Assembly: GCA_951406725.2 (NCBI GenBank)
Contig: OX597828.1
Location: 68,758,001-68,822,000, forward strand
Direction of reading: 5' to 3'
Source of the DNA: Octopus vulgaris
Lineage: Eukaryota
Length of the DNA: 64,000 nt
Within the stretch, counting starts at the first letter, position 1. The number at the start of each line of letters is the position of its first letter. A model generated the notes under the pieces. It was not told where the DNA came from, did no database searches, and saw only the letters and a program-made list of their open reading frames with translations. This document shows, piece after piece, positions 53,136 to 64,000 of the stretch. Both the position numbers and the translations under genes were made by a program.

Positions 53136-54495
53136 TATTTCTATATCATGTTGACTCCATATCCATATGTCGTCATATAAACCGTATCATATTTGCGATA
53201 TTTCCATATATGATCATATATCCGTGTGCCAGCATATTGTCATTTTACTATGTGTAGTAATTTATCAATCATTACAACCAAATTACTAATGTGCCGCTTC
53301 TACGTGGTCGCTCAACTTGCCAGAAACAGCGAACCAAATTCCTCTCTAATCATTCTGCTGTCTTATAACAGGTCAAAGACACATTCGATAATGTAATCCT
53401 AAATAGCTTTCAAAAGACAGGATGATCACATCTGGATTGTTTTACATATTAATCAAAATATACTATTCATTGTGGGCTTATAGAATTATATTTTGTGTAT
53501 AGGTAAACCTGAAGAGTTTTTTTCTTTTTGTCATAAAAATTCTGATAATACTTGCTCTAAAAACCGATTTTGGCTCTTGATTCCATTTTCCAAAAATTAA
53601 TTCTCATCTTCGTTATGGCCTCGGTGTTAATTTCATTTCCTGTCCAGTCAAATTTCAGCCACATTGTCACGATTTCAACAATCTTTTCTAGCGGTCATTA
53701 AATGTATTGAGGAGACAAGACGAACATTGGATAACCTTTGCCGAGTCCGTATTTCGGTCTCAAACATATGCTATGGTAAACGAGATTAGTCAGTTACTTT
53801 ATCAGATCATGGTACTAATGTTATGATATTGCTTAGTTAAACTTATGACCTTAACATAAAATTCTATGACAACATGGAAAGTCAAGAAATAATAGAAAAT
53901 CTTCAGCACTTACAAGCAATTTATATCAATGGGAATAATCGGTTTTGAGATATGTACATATATAAGCCACGAATTATAAAGAATGAAGTTGGTTCCAAGT
54001 CTGTTGTTCGAAAAAAACAACTTCAACTGATAATTGGTGGCCTACACCACATACATTAAGTTTACGCAGACAACTGAGAAAACCTTTGTCAATTTTAGTT
54101 ATCCGCTTACATTTAAAATATTTCAGGAGCGGCGCCTTAAATGTATTGTTAGTATAGGGCTGCTTGTTGTGCTAGAAATGACTGCCAAATATCCATCAAA
54201 TCTCGTTCTACAGTTTTACAAAATAAACGACAATTTAAATACTGTAGTTCTAGATTTTCTATACCTGAAAATGAAAATAAGGTATTGTTACGTTGGAGCG
54301 TCTTTGATCATGTTTGCTTCAAGACGTAGACCTAGGGCTAAAAAGTAACAGCATCGGTGACATAATCAAACGGACAATTAACAAGTTCTCTGATTCATGA
54401 AACTGATATAGCAAAAATGGTCAGTGATTAAAATGTTCTGTTCAGGCTGTGTAAATTTCGTATTCAATATTTCCTCTCTTCTGTGTCTCTATCAG

Positions 54496-54640
54496 GGAAT
54501 AATACCACCCTACAAATTGGATTTTATTTTGAAACGACCGTATCAGATTGGAAAACGACAGTTTGCACAATTCCCAGCTCGGATGTTCCTCAAACGGCAA
54601 ATAAATAATGACGCGGACTACTCTGTTTATTAAACGACTC
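54496..54640 (+). CDS. 145-nt exon carrying the stop codon (GIIPPYKLDFILKRPYQIGKRQFAQFPARMFLKRQINNDADYSVY*, TAA at 54631-54633)
   Basis: tttcctctcttctgtgtctctatcAG|GGAATA...ACGACTC|GTAAGT; phase 0 matches the frame of ORF 54424..54633; stop lies 7 nt before the last junction (NMD-compatible). Confidence 0.65.
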
Positions 54641-54666
54641 GTAAGTATCATTGCAATACAATCCTG

Positions 54667-55086
<420 letters not shown>

Positions 55087-55333
55087 ATAAAACTTCCCCC
55101 AAACTAGAAAACTTTAATTATTATCCTCGCATAATAAAACTGCCAAATAAAACAATCATACAATGTCAATGCATCTAATAATACAGACACTAGAACCATC
55201 GTAAACCACGAATCCTGTAACAAGTCCATCCTTACGAGAATGGAGGCCAACTCAGAATAACGAAACTCAAGATTCACAGACAAGAAGTGCATCAGAATAT
55301 ATATTCCCATCATCAACTATTAACATGATGTAC

Positions 55334-55380
<47 letters not shown>

Positions 55381-55457
55381 TGCGTGCGTGTTTATGTGGT
55401 ATATGCGAGAAGTTTATGGGAGACACGAAGCTACGAGTAGCGACACACGCAGATACG

Positions 55458-55820
<363 letters not shown>

Positions 55821-56049
55821 CGGGAAGCTTTATGAAAATAGACAAAAGACGAAGGCAGGTGGAAAACAAACAAACAATTGTATTAGTATGGCGCTCAGGA
55901 AATATAAATAAACAAGTCTTTAACGTTTCGAGCCTACGCTCTTCAACAGAAAGATACACAGAGAGAAAAAAAAACACAGAAAGAAGGAGAGAAAAAAATG
56001 CGTGCAGTAACTAACGAATCAACATGGCGATATATATATATATATATAT

Positions 56050-56349
56050 GGAGGCGCAATGGTCCAGTGGTTAGGGCAGCGGACTCGCGGTCGTAGGATC
56101 GCGGTTTCGATTCCCAGACCGGGTGTCGTGAGTGTTTATTGAGCGAAAGCACCTAAAAGCTCCACGATGCTCCGGCAGGGGATGGTGGTGATCCCTGCTG
56201 TATTCTTTCACCACTCTTTCTCCCACTCTCTCTTGTGTTGGCCTGCTCGTTTAGCCAGCGGGGTGGCATCATTTGAAGGCTAAAACAATGCGAACGCATT
56301 GTGACCAACGATGTGTAACGGCATCTGATGGTCTGGTCGGTCACGTGAT

Positions 56350-56357
<8 letters not shown>
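56050..56357 (+). mobile_element. SINE-C, full length
   Basis: TGGTCCAGTGGTTAG A-box, GTTTCGATTCCC B-box, 3' GTCACGTGATCACGTGAT; inserted in (TA)n. Confidence 0.88.
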
Positions 56358-56387
<30 letters not shown>

Positions 56388-56390
<3 letters not shown>

Positions 56391-56528
56391 CGCAGGAGTG
56401 TGGTTCCGGGTTCAGTCCCACTGCGTGGCACCTTGGACAAGTGTCTTCTACTGTAGTCTCGGACCGACCAAAGCCTTGTGGGTGGATTTGATAGACAGAA
56501 ACTGAAAGAGGCCCGTCGTATATATGTT

Positions 56529-56583
<55 letters not shown>

Positions 56584-56657
56584 ATGTGTTTGTCGGTCTG
56601 TTTTGCCGAACCGCTAAGTTACTAAGACGTAAACAAACCAACACACACACTCGCACA

Positions 56658-56711
<54 letters not shown>

Positions 56712-56858
56712 CATACACACACGCACATTTCAATTTCCGTCCACTAAATTCACTCACAAGGCTATCGTAGAAGACTTGCCTAAGGTGCCATGCAGTGGGA
56801 CTGAACCCAGAACCAAGTGGTTGGGAAGCAAACTTCTTATCACGCAGCCACACCTGCG
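56388..56858. mobile_element. Two SINE-B copies in opposite orientation (56388-56519 plus; 56595-56858 minus)
   Basis: Family B head on both strands, separated by microsatellite. Confidence 0.8.
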
Positions 56859-56861
56859 CTT

Positions 56862-57034
56862 GCGGCGAGCTGGCAGAACCGTTAGCACGCCGGGCGAAAT
56901 ACGTAGCCGTTACGTTCTGAGTTCAAATTCCGCCAAGGTCGACTTTGCCTTTCATCCTTTCGGGGTCGATAAATTCGTTTGTCTGTCCTTGTTTGTCTCC
57001 TCTATGTTTAGCCCCTTGTGGGTAATAAAGAAAC
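56862..57034 (+). mobile_element. SINE-A with internal deletions
   Basis: Head, B-box, core, tail. Confidence 0.85.
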
Positions 57035-57332
57035 ATATATATATATATATATATGAATGTAATTTCTTTGCAAACTTCCACCATTGCTATCACTCTAAAT
57101 GGATCTTCTGACGGGGATCACTCGTCCTCCTGTATATAGAAAGCTCATTAACTATTCAGGGTGTCGAGTACTTTATTTTATCGGCTCCGAAAGTAAGACG
57201 GGCAAAGTTGAACTCCGACAGTTTCGACAATTATTTTAATCCATAACAGAAATAGTGATACATTTCATGAATTTCTTTTTCTTTTACCTCCCTCTTAATT
57301 TCTTTCGCTTCTTGCATTTTTTTTTTTGATAG

Positions 57333-57700
57333 GAGAACTGAGCAGGCTGACTGATTTTGTGAAGACATGGAATCTCAATGACAGACCGATAATCTTTGGA
57401 AAGCAGATCATTTTTCACTACCTAAATCAGCTTTTATTGTCTCTTTTATCCAAACAAATCTGATAGTGCTACACACCCAGAGCTGGCATTCTCTGAAAGA
57501 TCCTTTCATGGTACACGGAACCAAACACACCCAGCTTCCAAGAACAACAACTACTTCGACGATCACAACAACAACAAACAAACGAAAGAAAGAGCAACGG
57601 CAGAAAGATGAACAACAACAACAACAACAACAACCACATATTTACCGTTTTGCTGACCTTGTTTGTTTTTATCTTTAATAAAGATTGAAATGTCTTTAAT
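57333..57700 (+). other. Putative terminal exon / 3' UTR of the micro-exon gene (E-N-stop if joined directly to exon 8)
   Basis: tttctttcgcttcttgcattttttttttgatAG|GAGAACTGA; unique non-repeat sequence; AATAAA at 57677-57682; 3' end approximate. Confidence 0.55.
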
Positions 57701-57825
57701 TGTGCAATTATACATAAATGCTTAGAAACATATATACACGTATATATATTCAGAAAGGAGGCTTAGACAGGCTTCCTATGCTCTATCTCTAAAAGTAGAC
57801 AGATAAAATTGAAAAAATATACATA

Positions 57826-58312
<487 letters not shown>

Positions 58313-58595
58313 CATATAGTTGAAAATAATATTTTATATACTTGCGTGTGTAAGTGTGCGTGAATTTGTATACGAATATGCATGGGGTTTACGCGTTCAC
58401 GTTTACAGTAAAGCAAAAGATGTGCTCAATACTTTTAGATAGAGTGGAACATCGTTTATTCAAAACTAAGTCTATGTGAAACACAACTCGGAAATTCTCA
58501 TTGCCCTTCCTTAGTCGCCTGAGGAACGGGGACTAAAACCCTACGTGATGACTTACGCAAATTCAGTGTTTAATGAATATTATACACAAATATAT

Positions 58596-58667
<72 letters not shown>

Positions 58668-59109
58668 GTTTATGTATCTGTTTTGGAATATTCTTGATGT
58701 TAAAACGTGTGTTGAAACATATTGTTACCCTTGGGGGATAGTAATTTTTTTGCCATTTAAACATACGCGCTATTTTTTTAAATCTTCACTTTAGTTTTAT
58801 TAGTATTATATTTAGTTAATAGGGGAGACGCATGGGACAGAGAGTTACTGAAAAGGTCACAGAATGTGTGACGAAAAGAACTTTGACAGACGTATAAACT
58901 AAATATAATACGAACAAAATCTTAAGGGAAGATCAAATCAATAGTGGGTATGTTTTATTGGCAAAAATGACTATCTCCAAGTATAACAATATATAAATAT
59001 TTATCGCGTCTAAAGGTATACCAGAGTGTCAACAATCACCAACTTTTCGTTGAAGTAAAGTGTAAAATAAAGCACGAACGATTTTAACTTTCTTGATGAG
59101 TCATATGTT

Positions 59110-59893
59110 TTACGGTTCTATTTGTTTGACCGTCAGTTGCTCTGATCATTGTCCAATATACGTTTCTATTTGTTTGACCGTCAATTGCTCTGATCATTGA
59201 CCGTCAATTGCTCAGATCATTGTCCAATATACGTTCCTATTTGTTTGACCGTCAATTGCTCTGATCATTGACCGTCAATTGCTCTGATCATTGACCGTCA
59301 ATTGCTCTGATCATTGTCCAATATACGTTCCTATTTGTTTGACCGTCAATTGCTCTGATCATTGACCGTCAATTGCTCTGATCATTGTCCAATATACGTT
59401 CCTATTTGTTTGACCGTCAATTGCTCTGATCATTGACCGTCAATTGCTCTGATCATTGTCCAATATACGTTCCTATTTGTTTGACCGTCAATTGCTCTGA
59501 TCATTGTCCAATATACGCTCCTATTTGTTTGACCGTCAATTGTTTTGATCATTGTCCAATATACGTTCCTATTTGTTTGACCGTCAATTGCTCTGATCAT
59601 TGTCCAATATACGTTCCTATTTGTTTGACCGTCAATTGCTCTGATCATTTACCGTCAATTGCTCTGATCATTGTCCAATATACGTTCCTATTTGTTTGAC
59701 CGTCAATTGCTTTGACCATTGTCCAATATACGTTCCTATTTGTTTGACCGTCAATTGCTTTGACCATTGTCCAATATACGTTCCTATTTGTTTGACCGTC
59801 AATTGCTCTGATCATTGTCCAATATACGTTCCTATTTGACCGTCAATTGCTCTGATCATTGACCGTCAATTGCTCTGATCATTGTCCAATATA
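59110..59893. repeat. Composite minisatellite: 48-bp unit with interspersed 23-bp sub-unit
   Basis: ATATACGTTCCTATTTGTTTGACCGTCAATTGCTCTGATCATTGTCCA repeated about 13 times, with extra TGACCGTCAATTGCTCTGATCAT modules. Confidence 0.95.
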
Positions 59894-60268
59894 TTAGGTT
59901 GCCTCTGGCAAAAGGATGTTCGCGTGTTTTTGAATTCCTTGAGAGGAAACACAAGCAACGTTATTCTATCTCTGATAAGTAGTGAATAAACGCATTCAAC
60001 TCTGCCATCAGTATTGAACTCTTTCTGCTGAACGATCGTGTACCCCACTCGCGGCATATACATACATACACACGCACACACACACACATACACATACATA
60101 TATATATTAGGTATGTATATATATATACTTACGAAACACCAACTCAAGCACACATAAATGTGTGTGCGTATCTGTGATTCTATTATCTGTTGGCATCTTT
60201 TGACCTGGCTTCCACATATAAACCTTGTATGGAAATAACATAACCAAAAGGACTATAAGTAAAGAAGA

Positions 60269-60323
<55 letters not shown>

Positions 60324-60994
60324 ATAATAATAATAATAATAATATAGAAACCAATGGCTCCCGTGTACTGTGAAAAGAAACGATATTGAGACTATGTGAT
60401 AGTCAATCGGTCATGTGACTGCGGGGTATTCAGTTATATGACCTTTGACACGCAAGCATCTAGCTTTCACGTCACATTGTCATTAACTCCCAAGACAACT
60501 TTCTGATTAGTAGAGTCATGTAATTATTGATATCATTTTGACAACCTTCATCATTATTCAAATTAGCTATACTGAGAAAGAGTGAGAGAGAAAGAAAGAG
60601 AGAGAAAGAAAGAGACAAGCAGTTGGCCAGTCACCTGAAAACTAAAGACAGCTAACTCTTCCTCTTTCGTGACCATCCCTATTACTCCCAGATAATAATT
60701 GGTGGCTTAGTCGCTGATACTCATTAAAAATTAAATAGTGTCTGTCTGTCTGTCTACCTCGGAACATAACTGTTAACATTAAGGCAGCTAGCTGACCAGT
60801 CCACACATCAAATCGTAAGATCCCGCCAACTGAATAGTTACATGACCACCTCTACTCCAGACAGTCCAGTCACGTGATCAAGTGGATAAATGTACTTCTG
60901 CTCAATTACTGTGTTAATAAATTTTACTTGATCATATTGTTCATTAGTTTTTTTGTTTGTTTTTTTTTAATAATCATTTTGCAATAGCCTTCGA

Positions 60995-61335
60995 AATTAC
61001 GGAGATGTACTTGCATAGCAAGTGACTTGATCTGAGATCGTGTGCTGGAATGAAAACAATTGCAGCGTGGAAGGTGTTTATAAGCCATTTAAGAACCGTT
61101 AGATTAACTTCAACATTTAAATTTAATTTCTCAAAATATTTTCGCCGCTTTGAGACCGCGACCTGTTCACTGACAAAGCTTCTTGCTGCAGGAAGTTTTG
61201 TCAGCACGAAGTTTTGTCAGTGAACAGGTCGCGGTCTCAAAGCGACGAAAATATTTTGACAAATTAAATTTAAATGTTGAAGTGAATCTAACGGATTCTT
61301 AAATGGCTTATAAACACCTCCCACGCTGCAATTAT
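60995..61335. repeat. Palindromic element, same family as 19733-20062
   Basis: About 125-bp inverted arms centred near 61195. Confidence 0.8.
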
Positions 61336-61734
61336 TTTGCAATAATTAAGACTAATTTACGAATTATGATTCGTGTTTCGATAAGTTAAATATGATATTT
61401 AAGTGTCTCTGTCGCGTACAACGACTTGTTAGAAGTTACGAAGAAATAATCCTCGAAGAATACTTTACAATCTTAAACGGTAGAAAGACTTATTGCCTGA
61501 TGTAATCTGAGGTACACTATGTCTGTAAAAAGAAAAAAGAACTGAATGAAAGCAATGCATGTTCAAAGCTAGATCTACATTGATCCTAAGAACTGCCTTA
61601 AGGCAAACCAACAATAACGAAGATGGCGTTTTTTCTGTTTTTATTTTTTACGCGATGTATATATGAAATTTATGCTGTTGGTGATTAAGTCATCTTTATT
61701 TAGATAAATCAATAAAGGAGAGAGGGATATATAT

Positions 61735-62129
61735 ATATATATAAAAGTGAGGTTGTGTGCTGTCTGTCTCCTACGATTTAAATTCCTAACTACTCCCACA
61801 AATTGCGGTGCAGTTTAGCCAAAACCGGGTATCTTATAGTCGTGATTCATATCGAGCCCTTCTGGGTATTAGCGTGCGTCTACGATGAGTCTACGATTAA
61901 AAAAAAAATTTACCATCAATTTTTCCCATTTTTAATGCATTTTTGGCATATATAAGGGAAGTAACTCTCTAAAAATTTATCATTAAATCTCAGAACGTAA
62001 AAAGCTACAGTAACACCCCATCCCTTTGTGGTTAGCCATATTGAGATGGCTATTATACTTTACATCTCTAAAAATATTTATATAGTTATTTCCCTTACAA
62101 ACCCGAGCAACGCCGGGCGACACTGCTAG
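61735..62129 (+). mobile_element. Non-autonomous Helitron-like element, second family
   Basis: TATAAAA + TGTCTGTCT 5' end; CCCGAGCAACGCCGGG hairpin followed by CTAG|T. Confidence 0.7.
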
Positions 62130-62196
<67 letters not shown>

Positions 62197-62472
62197 TGTT
62201 GTTGATTAAGTAATCTTTATTTAGATAAATCAATAAAGGAGAGAGGGATATATATATATATATATATATATATTAGGGCGCAGTTTACCAAGTCCAGGAT
62301 GATTTCTGTGCAACAAGTCGAGAAACTAGGGATTCGTCTCCAGTATCCCATTAACATAGTATTGTATCCCTGTCGCAAGTTCCAGTCCACTATTCATCTG
62401 ATCGATTGCCCGGTTTCACATACGAGCATTCGTATAAGGTCTCTGCAGTCTTAGAGTAATAGGTTCATATGC

Positions 62473-62627
62473 ATGGCTGTGTGGTCAGAAACTTGCTTCC
62501 CAATCACATGGGTCCGACTTTAGTCCCACAGTGTGGCACCTTCAGCAAGTGTCTTTTATTATAGTCTCTGATCGACCAAAGCCTTGTGAGTGATTTTCGT
62601 AGAGGGAAACTGAAAGAAGCCCGTCGT
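62473..62627 (+). mobile_element. SINE-B 5' half (diverged)
   Basis: ATGGCTGTGTGGTCAG...GGAAACTGAAAGAAGCCCGTCG. Confidence 0.8.
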
Positions 62628-62652
62628 TTATATCCATACATACATACATACA

Positions 62653-62684
<32 letters not shown>

Positions 62685-62720
62685 GATACACACACACACA
62701 CATACACACACACACACACA

Positions 62721-62756
<36 letters not shown>

Positions 62757-63312
62757 TTGTACATAAGAACACGTTAAGAGACTTCCAATTAGGAAAGCCT
62801 TGTGTTAGAAAATCCTTTTGAGAATTTATCCATAATTAGTAATTTGAGTTTTCTATTGCTCTTTCTAGCACAAGGCTTTCCTATTTGGAAGCCTCAATAA
62901 CATACAGTCTATTGACTTTTTTTGAGCTAGGCCACTATTAATAATAATTTCTATAATTCATATTCCCCTAATATTATATATATATATATATAGTTAATCC
63001 AAACATGAACAAAGAGAAAATACAAGAACGCGAGGACGTGGAACAAGTATTGTGTTATTGGACGCTTAGGAAAGGAAAGAAAGAAGGAGGATTCAATGTT
63101 TCGAGCGGAGCTCTTCGTCAGAAATATAGAAAAAAGAAAAAGTCCAAGGAAGAGAAGATGGAGAAAGAAAATCGCCAACGATACACACGCAGTCACACAT
63201 ATATTATGGAGATGTACTTGCATAGCAAGTGACTTGATCTGAGATCGTGTACCGAAAGAAAAACAATTGCAGCGTGGAAGATGTTTATAAAACATTTAAG
63301 AACACACCAAAA

Positions 63313-63595
63313 ACATTATTTACATTTGACGGATATTTGTTCTCACCTTCTTTGTTGTTAACACAACATTTCGGCTGATATACTCTCCAGCCTTCATCAG
63401 GTGTCCTGGGGAAATTTCGAATCTGAGTTCTGATTTCTAAGGTATTTTTGATGTTATTATTATTATTATTATTATTCAGGTCACTGCCTGGAATCGAACT
63501 CGGAATCTTGGGGTTAGTAGCCCGCGCTCTTAACCACGACGCCATATGTCCGTAAGAATAATATCCGTCAAATGTAAATAATGTAAATAATGTAC
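63313..63595 (-). mobile_element. tRNA-headed, hammerhead-containing element with terminal inverted repeats
   Basis: Minus strand: tRNA-like head (63551-63476; TGGCGTCGTGG and GTTCGATTCC), (AAT)n, acac-CTGATGA-aggctg...cagcc-GAAA (63405-63361); IR ACATTATTTACATTTGACGGATATT; partial relative at 30620-30765. Confidence 0.65.
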
Positions 63596-63732
63596 ATAGT
63601 TTTGTTAGTGAGGAGGTCACGGTTTCAAAGCGACGAAAATATTTTGACACAAATTAAATTTAAATGTTGAAGTGGAACTAACGGTTTTTGTGTGTTTCTT
63701 AAATGGTTTACAAACATCTTCCACGCTACAAT

Positions 63733-63777
<45 letters not shown>

Positions 63778-64000
63778 CCAGGTGAAAATCGACCGGAATA
63801 TGTCATTTTTTGCTCGTCTGTAAGAAAAAAAGATATTCCATAGGCAGTTTGTAATCTTGCAGCAAGAAAAAGAAAAAAAATCAAAGTTAATAGTGTAAGG
63901 GCAATAACTCTGCACTCATACAGGCAGAGTTATTTCCCTTACAAGGTTACACCAATGTGTTTAAACATTTTCAACGTCCATAGAGGAACAATGCTAAAAA

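Noticed and set aside
53465-53510. AG|GTAAAC as a recursive-splicing ratchet point
   Set aside because: Poor donor and short pyrimidine tract
56050-56125. tRNA gene
   Set aside because: SINE head: continues into a repeat body found in several copies and lacks a proper acceptor stem
59110-59893. CRISPR-like appearance of the regular repeat
   Set aside because: No unique spacers; eukaryotic context

Overview
AT-rich, microsatellite- and repeat-saturated eukaryotic DNA. The tRNA-derived SINE families and the (TA)/(CA)/(TATG)/(AAT) arrays look like an octopus (cephalopod) genome; this is an inference. Nearly all entries in the ORF track are microsatellite or SINE artefacts. The one long real ORF is an intact CR1/L2-group LINE ORF2 (43514-46402, minus), inserted with a 7-bp TSD into a dead DD37D Tc1/mariner. 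Other mobile DNA includes a DD41D (rosa-type) deletion derivative, Dong/R4-like RLE retroelements in (TAA)n, non-autonomous Helitrons and many Penelope-type inverted-repeat elements carrying minimal hammerhead ribozymes. The main finding is invisible to the ORF track: a plus-strand chain of eight very short exons (6, 9, 3, 30, 9, 12, 15 and 12 nt, all multiples of 3), each bounded by a pyrimidine-rich tract/AG and GTAAGT, GTGAGT or GTATGT, spread over about 41 kb. They splice in a single open frame into a 145-nt stop exon and a terminal exon with AATAAA. This is the 3' part of an apparent micro-exon gene encoding ...NVGQRLKMAEQRDQTWHCQDDFRNCPEGSEFHGIIPPYKLDFILKRPYQIGKRQFAQFPARMFLKRQINNDADYSVY*, which I cannot assign to a known family. 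Repeat boundaries are approximate, read by eye.
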